Assembly (NCBI GenBank): GCA_964016885.1 | Contig: OZ024760.1 | Coordinates: 11,966,001 to 12,030,000, forward strand | Length of the DNA: 64,000 bases | Reading direction: 5' to 3' | Source: Eledone cirrhosa | Lineage: Eukaryota | Shown here: piece by piece, positions 1-13,833 of the stretch | Layout of the letters: each line of letters opens with the position of its first letter | How positions within the stretch are numbered: position 1 is the stretch's first letter | Notes under the pieces: generated by a model | Seen by the model: the letters and a program-made list of their open reading frames with translations, nothing else | Databases searched by the model: none | Told to the model about the DNA's origin: nothing | Made by a program: the position numbers and the translations under genes

Positions 1-134
1 CATCTGAGGAAGAGAGAGAAGCCGGAGGAAATAATATATTTTTAGCATCGTCTGCATTATAAATGGAGGAGAAGGGGGAAAAACGAGCTAGGGCAGCAGA
101 TTTTAAAACATTACTCAGTAAACCATTTCTTTGT

Positions 135-167
<33 letters not shown>

Positions 168-172
168 TATAC

Positions 173-303
173 ACGATATTAATAAATGGAAACTATATTT
201 ATAAAACCATATTTATTTCATTATACATATTTCAGTATCCCTGAAATATGTATAATGAAATAAATATGGTTTTATAAATATAGTTTCCATTTATTAATAT
301 CGT
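173..303. repeat. Perfect inverted repeat, 63-bp arms, 5-nt loop, beside (TA)n
   Basis: 173-235 is the exact reverse complement of 241-303. Confidence 0.95.
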
Positions 304-399
304 ATATCTACTCCAAATACTTGTCGAGTGCTTTATCTCAGTTATAAAAATATTTACTTGTTGTATCCCAACAATTTTAAATAGAACTTTTGCATATAA

Positions 400-556
400 G
401 GAATTGTGGTAAGGAACCAGATGGACCATAACGCACCAGAGTACTCAATACTTAGGGTAGTAGAGTGGGAATAGGAAAAAGTATGACCCCGACGTGACTA
501 GTCCAAAAATAGCCGTCGAAACGGCTTGAGCTCTGCCGTCGGGGTCATACTTTTTC

Positions 557-557
<1 letters not shown>
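400..557. mobile_element. (TA)n-embedded short repeat with terminal hairpin; related copies at ~1410-1495 and ~2578-2716
   Basis: Shared GGACCATAA..TACTCAATACTTAGGGTAGTAGAGTGGG(T)AATAGGAAAA; hairpin GAAAAAGTATGACCCCGACG/CGTCGGGGTCATACTTTTTC. Confidence 0.7.
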
Positions 558-627
<70 letters not shown>

Positions 628-899
628 CATAAACGGAGAAAGCTATTAGCGATACTCCGACACCAATTTCCATCTCACTCAACAAACACTAGGAAATACT
701 GGAGTATATTCCCAATTAAACGTTTGGGCACTAACTATATTGTATTGTGTGGATAATCGGCTGTATTATATATATGTAGTACGTTATTCCGGGTTGAATC
801 GGAGGTAACCACAGTAAGTAAGGTACTCAATACATTGCAGAGTATATGATTTCTAAAGAATGAAACAGTTCTAGTCCTGTAGAATCTCATCTATATTAA

Positions 900-930
<31 letters not shown>

Positions 931-1371
931 ACTATACATTAACGGAGCCATAGATTCTCGCCATTCTCTGTAAATAATGTGTTCAAAGGAGAGGAAATCC
1001 TAGGCACTTTAAAATACAATATGTTGAAAAGGTAACGCACTAGAGAGAGATACAGTGCGCCATCAATAACACAGGGAAAAACTACCAGTGTATGGAATCT
1101 ATAACCTATGAAGGGCAGACTATAGACACGATAATTAAAAAATATATATATATATATATATATTTGTTTAATATCGTATATTTATTTATATATATACCCA
1201 GAAAAAAACACGATTTCTTATCAAAAATTAAAAAAAATCTGCAAAACAAATACGTCGCCGATATATATATATGTATATATATACTTTATTTTGGCAGTCT
1301 CTTGACAAACTGATAACCTTACGGTCCCAAGTGTATTTTAGCTGCATTCTGGCAGCGTACTAATCGCCGAA

Positions 1372-1408
<37 letters not shown>

Positions 1409-1574
1409 AACGAAAGAAGTGTGAACCATAATACACCAGAGTACTCAATACTAAGAGTAGTAGAGTGGGTAATAGGAAAAGAATCTTTTCCTATATATAT
1501 ATATATATGTACATACACAGTCGGGACTTTAAAAGGAAAAATTAGGTATATTTTTGTCTATTATAATTGTTACA

Positions 1575-1727
1575 CAGTGCCGGGTTTATGATTATGCTTA
1601 GGTGTACTTAAACACTGGTCCCGTTGGCCAGGGGAGGGGCCTATCTTCCAGCCCCAAAAGATTTTTACGAGTAGAAGCTTCATAACTAAACTAGCACAGG
1701 GCCTCATTTGTCCTAAATCCGACACTG
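1575..1727. mobile_element. Short hAT-like MITE
   Basis: Imperfect TIRs CAGTGCCGGGTTTA / TAAATCCGACACTG; TSD not clear. Confidence 0.5.
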
Positions 1728-2208
1728 GTTAGATATATCACTTAAATCTCTCACAGACCTTAATTTGATAATAAAAAAACGAAAGCAGGCAGGTATTTTC
1801 CAGGTAGTAATTTGGCCACAAAAAAGATAAACTATAAAATCAAATCTGAAAAGTAATTAGTTTTACTTTGATAATTAAAAAATAAAAGCAGGTATTTTCC
1901 TCGAATTAATTTGGCCACGCACACACAAAAAAATGTTAAACTATGTAATCAGGTAATTTTTACTTTGATAATTAAAAAGCGAAAGCAAGTAGGTATTTTC
2001 CAGGTAGTAATTTGGCACACAAAATGAATCAAATCTGAAAAGCAATTTTTTTAAACTTTGATAATTGAAAAAAAAACAAAAAAAAAAAAAAAAAACGACG
2101 GTAGTTATATTCCTGCCAAAAAAAAAAAATGGTTAAATTCTTTAGAATCTAGAGTGGAAAGTATTTTTTCGGAGAAAGATAAGACAAGAAGAAAAATGAA
2201 TAACTTAC

Positions 2209-2214
2209 GGCCAT
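2209..2214 (-). CDS. Probable micro first coding exon (ATG GCC) of an unidentified gene continuing off the left edge
   Basis: Minus strand CAAAATGGCC|GTAAGT (good start context plus consensus donor); strong acceptor CTTCTCTCTCTTCCTCAG|ATG ends at position 4. Confidence 0.45.
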
Positions 2215-3160
2215 TTTGTGGGTAGTGGCAGAGAAAAAATCAAAGTGGGTTGGACTGAATATTGTTAGAGAATGCAAAGTTTGGGCAAGTTGACAAATGT
2301 TTTATTAACTGTTGAAGTCATATGACTTGAAATCGACCAATTGTGGGTTGTAGACTGAAATAACTGTTGATGTATAATACTAACATAAATACACACACAT
2401 GTATATGTATACATACATACATACATACATATATGTGTGTGTATACATATATATATGTGTGTATATATACATATATATATGTGTATATATACATATATGT
2501 GTATGTGTATATATACATATATATGTGTATATATATATATATATATACACACATATATATATATACATATACACACAGAGGAAGTGTGGTAAGGAAGCAG
2601 GTGGACCATAACTTGATACTTAGGGTAGTAGAGTGGGTAATAGGAAAAGAGTCAGGACCTCAACAGCTGTCAAAACGGCCAGAGCTCAGCCTATTGGGGT
2701 CGTGACTCTTTTCCTATATATACACATATATGTGTGTATATGTATGTATGTATATATATATTGTTATACTTTGGGAGGGTCATGTTGCCAATAAAAACAC
2801 ATGCACCTGTTGCTTTTCACTTCAATTTATTATAAATTTCCGGTTGATCGGCTCAATAACCAGATGGTTGTTTATATATTGTCAAAGCCTTTTTGTCACA
2901 TATTCTGTGACCTCTTCAGTGACTAGATTTTTATTTTGTGTCTCTCCTTTGTTGTCCTACACCATCCTGATGCCAAACTGTATCTGCCATTACTTTTCCC
3001 TTGCACATCGGTGGCGAGGAGAGGGGAGACTGGTATATATGGGTGACTACTGGTCTTCCACAAACAACCATCCCCGGACTTGTGCCTCGGAGAGGAACTT
3101 TCTAGGTGAAAACCCCATGGTCATTTGTGATCAAAGGGGGTCTTTAATCTTCAAGTAGGT

Positions 3161-3377
3161 TTAACCTGTTAGCATTCACATTAATCTATAAATACTATTA
3201 TATTTTCATGGTAAAGGCTTTAACTCGCATAATTATCTCACATAATATCGAATCTATGAGATTTTGAAAGTATTTATTTTGAGAACAATACCTTAACATT
3301 AGTATGAGTAGCCAGTTACAGCCAGTTTCATAAGGAAGAGGTAGAGAATTTTGACCGGTTTGAGGGTTAAAGGTTAA
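3161..3377. mobile_element. ~200-bp TTAA-flanked (piggyBac-like) MITE; further copies ~24400-24625, 28178-28583, 29086-29240, 33976-34195, 34192-34376, 46178-46383, 62660-62862, 63067-63237
   Basis: Family termini TTAACCCTTTAGCATT...AATGCTAAAGGGTTAA (degenerate in this copy); shared core ATTTTGAGAACAATACCTTAACATCAGTATGAG. Confidence 0.8.
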
Positions 3378-3755
3378 TGAGTATTTTCTAAAAGACACAC
3401 ACAGGGCTCTCACCCCCCTGATATACTCTAACTATAGACTGAACACACAAAAACATCAGCTGAGTGTGTGAACCATTTAAATAGCTTTTAATTATGTTTG
3501 ATTAATTAATACTGAGCACAAAAAAGGGAATTACAACCCACTTCAAAAGATACCATATAATAGAAATATATATATATATATATATATACAAACATACCTA
3601 TATATCCATACAAACATATATATATATATACATATATACAAACATACCTATATATCCATACAAACATATATATATATATACATATATACAAACATACCTA
3701 TATATCCATACAAACATATATATATATATATACACACATATATATCCATACAAAC

Positions 3756-3788
<33 letters not shown>

Positions 3789-3948
3789 TATCCAAATCAC
3801 ATGAAGGAACCTACTATAGATGTAAATGAAGAGTTGTGAGTTCAAATCCAGGCACAAGTCCAGCAATTTGAAGGGGAGGGGAGAGAAAGTTGATTAAATC
3901 AACCCCAGTACATTACTGGTACTATACTTTATCGACCCCCACCCCCGT

Positions 3949-6386
3949 AAAGATGAAAGGCAAAGTTAACCTCGGACACCAGTGCATTACTGGTACTTTA
4001 TTTTAAAGATGGCAGGCAAAGTTAACCTCGGACACCAGTGCATTACTGGTAGTTTATTTTAAAGATGAAAGGCAAAGTTAACCTCAGACACCAGTGCATT
4101 ACTGGTAGTTTATTTTAAAGATGAAAGGCAAAGTTAACCTCAGACACCAGTGCATTACTGGTACTTTATTTTAAAGATGGCAGGCAAAGTTAACCTCGGA
4201 CACCAGTGCATTACTGGTAGTTTATTTTAAAGATGGCAGGCAAAGTTAACCTCGGACACCAGTGCATTACTGGTAGTTTATTTTAAAGATGAAAGGCAAA
4301 GTTAACCTCAGACACCAGTGCATTACTGGTAGTTTATTTTAAAGATGACAGGCAAAGTTAACCTCGGACACCAGTGCATTACTGGTAGTTTATTTTAAAG
4401 ATGAAAGGCAAAGTTAACCTCAGACACCAGTGCATTACTGGTAGTTTATTTTAAAGATGACAGGCAAAGTTAACCTCGGACACCAGTGCATTACTGGTAG
4501 TTTATTTTAAAGATGAAAGGCAAAGTTAACCTCGGACACCAGTGCATTACTGGTAGTTTATTTTAAAGATGAAAGGCAAAGTTAACCTCGGACACCAGTG
4601 CATTACTGGTACTTTATTTTAAAGATGACAGGCAAAGTTAACCTCGGACACCAGTGCATTACTGGTAGTTTATTTTAAAGATGAAAGGCAAAGTTAACCT
4701 CAGACACCAGTGCATTACTGGTAGTTTATTTTAAAGATGGCAGGCAAAGTTAACCTCGGACACCAGTGCATTACTGGTAGTTTATTTTAAAGATGAAAGG
4801 CAAAGTTAACCTCGGACACCAGTGCATTACTGGTAGTTTATTTTATAGATGACAGGCAAAGTTAACCTCGGACACCAGTGCATTACTGGTAGTTTATTTT
4901 AAAGATGAAAGGCAAAGTTAACCTCGGACACCAGTGCATTACTGGTAGTTTATTTTAAAGATGGCAGGCAAAGTTAACCTCAGACACCAGTGCATTACTG
5001 GTAGTTTATTTTAAAGATGAAAGGCAAAGTTAACCTCGGACACCAGTGCATTACTGGTAGTTTATTTTAAAGATGGCAGGCAAAGTTAACCTCGGACACC
5101 AGTGCATTACTGGTACTTTATTTTATAGATGGCAGGCAAAGTTAACCTCGGACACCAGTGCATTACTGGTACTTTATTTTAAAGATGACAGGCAAAGTTA
5201 ACCTCGGACACCAGTGCATTACTGGTAGTTTATTTTAAAGATGGCAGGCAAAGTTAACCTCGGACACCAGTGCATTACTGGTAGTTTATTTTATAGATGA
5301 CAGGCAAAGTTAACCTCGGACACCAGTGCATTACTGGTACTTTATTTTATAGATGACAGGCAAAGTTAACCTCGGACACCAGTGCATTACTGGTACTTTA
5401 TTTTATAGATGGCAGGCAAAGTTAACCTCGGACACCAGTGCATTACTGGTACTTTATTTTATAGATGGCAGGCAAAGTTAACCTCGGACACCAGTGCATT
5501 ACTGGTACTTTATTTTAAAGATGGCAGGCAAAGTTAACCTCGGACACCAGTGCATTACTGGTACTTTATTTTATAGATGGCAGGCAAAGTTAACCTCGGA
5601 CACCAGTGCATTACTGGTACTTTATTTTATAGATGACAGGCAAAGTTAACCTCGGACACCAGTGCATTACTGGTACTTTATTTTATAGATGACAGGCAAA
5701 GTTAACCTCGGACACCAGTGCATTACTGGTACTTTATTTTATAGATGGCAGGCAAAGTTAACCTCGGACACCAGTGCATTACTGGTAGTTTATTTTAAAG
5801 ATGGCAGGCAAAGTTAACCTCGGACACCAGTGCATTACTGGTACTTTATTTTATAGATGACAGGCAAAGTTAACCTCGGACACCAGTGCATTACTGGTAC
5901 TTTATTTTATAGATGACAGGCAAAGTTAACCTCGGACACCAGTGCATTACTGGTACTTTATTTTATAGATGGCAGGCAAAGTTAACCTCGGACACCAGTG
6001 CATTACTGGTAGTTTATTTTAAAGATGGCAGGCAAAGTTAACCTCGGACACCAGTGCATTACTGGTACTTTATTTTAAAGATGGCAGGCAAAGTTAACCT
6101 CGGACACCAGTGCATTACTGGTACTTTATTTTATAGATGACAGGCAAAGTTAACCTCGGACACCAGTGCATTACTGGTAGTTTATTTATAAGGATGACAG
6201 GCAAAGCTAATCTCGGACACCAGTGCATTACTGGTAGTTTATTTATAAGGATGACAGGCAAAGCTAATCTCGGACACCAGTGCATTACTGGTAGTTTATT
6301 TATAAGGATGACAGGCAAAGCTAATCTCGGACACCAGTGCATTACTGGTAGTTTATTTATAAGGATGACAGTCAAAGCTAATCTCT
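3949..6386. repeat. 56-bp minisatellite (~43 copies; last copies 57 bp) expanded inside a tRNA-derived SINE
   Basis: Unit GTTAACCTCGGACACCAGTGCATTACTGGTASTTTATTTTAAAGATGRMAGGCAAA; SINE tail to the left (3850-3950) and SINE head to the right (6390-6460). Confidence 0.95.
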
Positions 6387-6989
6387 GCAGGATTTGAACC
6401 CGGAACATAACTCAATGCCACAAAGCATGCTGCCCGACGCTCTACCAATTCTTCTGCCAATAATACAATAATGGTAATTCTTCATCCAACTCAGAAATTC
6501 AAAGACAAAACAATTTCAATAACTATAAAACATCTTTATTTGTTTTCTTTACATAAATAAAACTCCAAGAAAAGAAAGAGAGAAAAAAAATAATATTCAG
6601 GTAAAAAATATATGGGGGGAGGGGGTTATGTGGAAGGGGGTGAGTAAATGGGAGAGGGGGGGGGGGGCATAGATGAGTAAGTGGGAGAGAAGAGAGGTGA
6701 GGGGGCAGAACTTATGTGAGAGAGAGAAGGGGGAGAAAGAGAGAGCGAGGAGAGAAGATGAAAGAGAGAGAGAGAAGGGAGGGTGAGAGAGAAGGAAGGG
6801 AGAAAGAGAGAGAGAGGGAAGGGAGAAAGAGAGGAGATGAAGGTTGGTATTTTATTGTCAGTGTAAAATATAATGAAATGGAGATCATCAAAGATTTGGG
6901 AAAGAATGGTCAATGTTATTGGACATTTCTTTTATTGTTATTATTATTGTTGTTAACTCTTTCATACGCACACTACATACACAGCCTTC

Positions 6990-8095
<1,106 letters not shown>

Positions 8096-8199
8096 AACTG
8101 GATTATGTTTCAGCTTTAGTGGAAGAGTTGAAGGTAGAAACATGTGAATCAATGCTCTGGTTCTATTATTCTCTGGTATTCCATCATTCTGGTATTCCA

Positions 8200-8213
8200 T
8201 TATTCCAAAGCTC
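8200..8213 (-). CDS. POLE4: POLE4 terminal coding exon (GALE*)
   Basis: Pyrimidine tract TTTTCTCTTTTCTCTAG then GA GCT TTG GAA TAA, completing AFLDGALE*. Confidence 0.75.
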
Positions 8214-11200
8214 CTAGAGAAAAGAGAAAAATACAGAATAAAGAATCAGTAATTTTTACTAAAAATGGGAAACGGTGATTAAAACTTTGGTAATAAATAA
8301 AATGTAATCAACAAACTTATGTGGCCTAATCGTTAGAGACACTGGGATTACAATAATTGTTTCTACATTTATCCCAGTACATTACTGGTACTTTATTTTA
8401 TCGACCCTGAAAGGATGAAAGGCAAAGTTAACCTCGGTGGGATTTGAACTCAGACCATAAAGGCACGTAACTCTTTGCTGCAAAGCATGGCGTCAGACCC
8501 TCTACCGATACAGAGATGTTGGGTTTCTTTTTCTCCTTTGCCCACTTATTCCTGAGAGGGTCGTGGAGGGCAGAGTCCTCAACCACCCCTCCCAGCAGGC
8601 CCTGTCAGAAGCAACCGTCTCCAACTGATCCGGCTGGATTCCCCAGAGTGAGACCCCCAAGCTCATGGATGTTATACAACCATCTTGCTCAAGATAATGT
8701 AGATGTATTGGGCTTACAATCATAATTTGGGTTCGAACCAGTGAGGCCACAGTCTAATGACTGAAACCAGTAAAACAGTACAGGGGTTGATATACTCAAC
8801 TAAATCCCTTCCTAGTGTGGCCACAGTCTAATGACTGAAACCAGTAAAAGAGTACAGGGGTTGATATACTCAACTAAATCCCTTCCTAGTGTGGCCACAG
8901 TCTAATGACTGAAACCAGTAAAAGAGTACAGGGGTTGATATACTCAACTAAATCCCTTCCTAGTGAGGCCACAGTCTAATGACTGAAACCAGTAAAAGAG
9001 TACAGGGGTTGATATACTCAACTAAATCCCTTCCTAGTGTGGCCACAGTCTAATGACTGAAACCAGTAAAAGAGTACAGGGGTTGATATACTCAACTAAA
9101 TCCCTTCCTAGTGAGGCCACAGTCTAATGACTGAAACCAGTAAAAGAGTACAGGGGTTGATATACTCAACTAAATCCCTTCCTAGTGTGGCCACAGTCTA
9201 ATGACTGAAACCAGTAAAAGAGTACAGGGGTTGATATACTCAACTAAATCCCTTCCTAGTGAGGCCACAGTCTAATGACTGAAACCAGTAAAAGAGTACA
9301 GGGGTTGATATACTCAACTAAATCCCTTCCTAGTGTGGCCACAGTCTAATGACTGAAACCAGTAAAAGAGTACAGGGGTTGATATACTCAACTAAATCCC
9401 TTCCTAGTGAGGCCACAGTCTAATGACTGAAACCAGTAAAAGAGTACAGGGGTTGATATACTCAACTAAATCCCTTCCTAGTGTGGCCACAGTCTAATGA
9501 CTGAAACCAGTAAAAGAGTACAGGGGTTGATATACTCAACTAAATCCCTTCCTAGTGAGGCCACAGTCTAATGACTGAAACCAGTAAAAGAGTACAGGGG
9601 TTGATATACTCAACTAAATCCCTTCCTAGTGTGGCCACAGTCTAATGACTGAAACCAGTAAAAGAGTACAGGGGTTGATATACTCAACTAAATCCCTTCC
9701 TAGTGAGGCCACAGTCTAATGACTGAAACCAGTAAAAGAGTACAGGGGTTGATATACTCAACTAAATCCCTTCCTAGTGTGGCCACAGTCTAATGACTGA
9801 AACCAGTAAAAGAGTACAGGGGTTGATATACTCAACTAAATCCCTTCCTAGTGTGGCCACAGTCTAATGACTGAAACCAGTAAAAGAGTACAGGGGTTGA
9901 TATACTCAACTAAATCCCTTCCTAGTGTGGCCACAGTCTAATGACTGAAACCAGTAAAAGAGTACAGGGGTTGATATACTCAACTAAATCCCTTCCTAGT
10001 GTGGCTACAGTCTAATAATTGAAACCAGTAAAAGAGTACAGGGGTTGATATACTCAACTAAATCCCTTCCTAGTGTGGCCACAGTCTAATGACTGAAACC
10101 AGTAAAAGAGTACAGGGGTCAATATGATCAACTAAATCCCTTTGATACAGTGCCCCAGTGTGGCCACAGTCTAATTAATGACCCCAACCAATGAAAAAGA
10201 ATGAACGACTAATGGAATGAGAAAATAAAAGAATCTCTCCATTGAGAACAATCGACTACCAATTATATTTGACATTATTTTGAATACATAATTGATGAGA
10301 ATCAGTTGAAACTTTCAAGTATTTTTACTTTATTCTGCTCAGATTTGTCCTCCTTTTTCACCAACATTCTAAAGGTCACTCATTTTCTCTCTCAGAGATA
10401 GAATATAGAGAGAATAACAATTGGTATGGCTTCTTCCACATTTTAGTTATCACCAAAGTAGTTTTAAAAGGTCAATTCTGCTTAACACTTCTGATACCAA
10501 ACTACCCTTGGTTCCATGATAGCAAGCAGTTTATATTTACATAAAACCTTTGATAACCCTTTTTTTTTTATACCAAACTGCTTAAAAACCACCCTTGGTT
10601 CAATGTTAAATTAACCTAAAAACCTTTGACAATAATTCTGTGAAGACCTTTTTTAATAAATTTAATACCTAACTGTCCCTTCCATGATACAAAGTTGTTT
10701 ATTATTGAAAAACTGTCCATCATTATTCTCTGTAAGAACTTTCCATGATACAAAGCTGTTTCTTTGAAATGTTTATATTTCTCTATATAAAACCTTCCAC
10801 TATAATTCTGTGAATTATTTTAAAGTGTTTATATTTATCTAAAAAAAACCTTCCACTATAATTCTATGTAAGAACCTTTGTTAACTCAAACTGCCTCTGG
10901 ATTCCATGATACAAAGTCATAGTTTTAAGTGTTCATATTTATCTAAAAATTCAGTGATGTTATTAAAAATAAAATACTTTAAAGTTAAACCAACTATGTG
11001 TAGGTTACAACGTGGCTACAAAAGATGCAATTTTATTGTTTTTCCCTTTTACATTTTAATAACAAACTTATTTATACAATTATAATAAGAATGTCATCTT
11101 TTGTTTTTCAACCATTTTATTCTGACTGTTAAAATAAACAGTGTGTAGTAGTAACAGAGAAATGTGTATTTTGATAACAAGATCTGATGTTAGATATTAT

Positions 11201-12376
11201 TTTTGGTGTTGTTTCTTCATTTCTGTCCTATTTAAACTTTTTGTGGTTGTATTTCTAAAGAAACACTTTATTTTAATTAATTTCTGAATGTGGTTAGAAT
11301 ATCTCAGGAAAGAATCACTGGACAGATTTGAGAGATAATAGCTCTCATATTATGGACATGTGGTTAGAATATCTTAGGAAAAAATCACTGGACATATTTG
11401 AGAGATAATAGCTCTCATATTATGGACATGTGGTTAGAATATCTTAGGGAAAAATCACTGGACATATTTGAGAGATATTAGCTCTCATATTATGGACATG
11501 TGGTTAGAATATCTTAGGAAAAAATCACTGGACATATTTGAGAGATAATAGCTCTCATATTATGGACATGTGGTTAGAATATCTTGGGAAAAAATCACTG
11601 GACATATTTGAGAGATAATAGCTCTCATATTATGGACATGTGGTTAGAATATCTTATGAAAAAATCATTGGACATATTTGAGAGATTACAGCTCCGATAC
11701 TATGGACACATGGTTAGAATGTCTCTGGAAAGAATCACTGTATAGATTTTATGGGCAAAACCAACAGGCAAGAGACCCAGAACAAGATGGTTGGATAACA
11801 TTCATGAGCTTGGCTGGTCTTCCTTGGGGATCGAGCCAGATCAATTGGAGATGGTTACTTTTGACAGGAGCCACTGGAAGGAATGTTTAAGGACTCTGCC
11901 TCAGGAATAAGTGGGCACAGAAGGCATTGGTGGTGGTTGTAGGAGTTAAAAGGGAAACGCCTTCTCCACTCTGTCTGCTGGGGCTGTGCAGAGGCCAGCA
12001 CGTGGGACCCCATTTGCTCACCATAAGGAGAGATGGGAAGGGCGAGAGAGATAGAGGCGATGACAGTGGGAGTTCGGTTGTTCTTTCATGTTTGCTTAGG
12101 TTACAATTGTGATAGAAGCTGTGATAAGAAGAGTTGAAATTAATGCACATCGAAGTCTCTAAACAGAGAAACAAAAAATGAAATAGATTTTTTATTGTGA
12201 AAAATAAGCAAAGCCAAGTGTAATAGTTATAGTTTGTAGGTGTGTAAAGTGTAGGAGTTATAAATGATGTGTCTAAGGTAGGAGTTTACAGGTGGCAATT
12301 GTAATATTATTTTGCTCACTGCCAACCATCCAAAACCACCACCACCACCACCACCACTACAACGACCACCAGCACC

Positions 12377-12407
<31 letters not shown>

Positions 12408-12971
12408 CCGGTACCCACACCACCACCACCACCGGTACCCACACCACCACCACCACCACCCTCTTACAAAAGGTCAAGAGCTGAAATGAATATCTTAGGG
12501 TGACATATTTATTCAGTAGATCAATATTAGCTGGATTTAACCTCTTTAAGTCAATAAAGAAATAGGAATCCTTTGTGAAGATAGACAGTTATCAACAGAC
12601 TGTGCTGTCACGGTTGAGTGCACATGGTGTAGAAAGAAATACCCAGTCATGCCAGAAATACATATTCTGCTAACAATCTTGCTTTGTAAAATGTTTACAA
12701 CCCTACCCCAGGTCCAGACCCCATCACTTTCTTCCCTTCCCCCTCCATTTCTTCTGTGGCCCAAGAGTCCTATACATACCAGTCACACACCCCCGCACAT
12801 CACTAATGTTATATATATATATATATGATGATTTCTCCCGAATGAAACAGTTCTAGTCCTGTAGAAGCCATTTCTATATTAAATATATATACTCTGCTAT
12901 GTATTGAGTACCTTACTTACTGTGGTTACCCCCGATTGAACCCAGGATAAACATATATATATAAAAAGTAA

Positions 12972-13002
<31 letters not shown>

Positions 13003-13760
13003 GATAACAAACCCGTCTAACCCATGCTAGCATGGAAGATGGCCGTTAATCGATGATGATGATGATGATCCGTGGTACAAATACATATATTAATATATAT
13101 ATATATATATTTTAATTTCATTTGTACCGTTTCCTCTCACCCCCTTTTTTCTATATGTCTCTCCACCACTCCCCTACACACCCTTGGAACTCTCTTCCAA
13201 CACACTTTTCACCTGAAGAAGGGCTTATGCCCGAAACGTCGTTCCCCACCACCACCCCACTCTCAAGAGCGTGAAGCTAATAAACCTTTATTCGTACTGC
13301 CTCTCTGTTTTGTTCCCCCGTTCAATTTTTCCCTATACATATATATATATATGGTGGCTGCCAACTCGTTTTCGAGTACGGCCACTACTTTATATCCATG
13401 TAGGAGAACCCCTACCGAAGCGCTGAACGAGTGTGACCTTTTAGTCCAGCCAGCGACTTGAAAACTCTGGTACAAACACTACACTTGTGACAATTACTGA
13501 CACACGGTGCTGGGCCCATGGTACCATGTGACGACAAGTGCAGAGAGATCTCCAGATATAAAGCAATGCCTGTGCCGTGAAGCTTTTATAGTGAGCAAAG
13601 GCACTGCACAAAGCCAGTCCCACTCTCTTAACCAAGATGATATTTACCAAAAAGAAGAACAAGTCAACATCATTGGATACCATCAAGGTTGCAGGTGTTA
13701 TATCAGAGTTTTCCTTCTCCTAGAATTCTGCCTTGACAAAGGCTAAGGGGTCATCTCTCC

Positions 13761-13833
<73 letters not shown>

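Noticed and set aside
12227-12503. Poly-Pro/His/Gly ORFs (formin- or extensin-like); similar ones at 16467-17971
   Set aside because: Trinucleotide and dinucleotide microsatellites in a POLE4 intron
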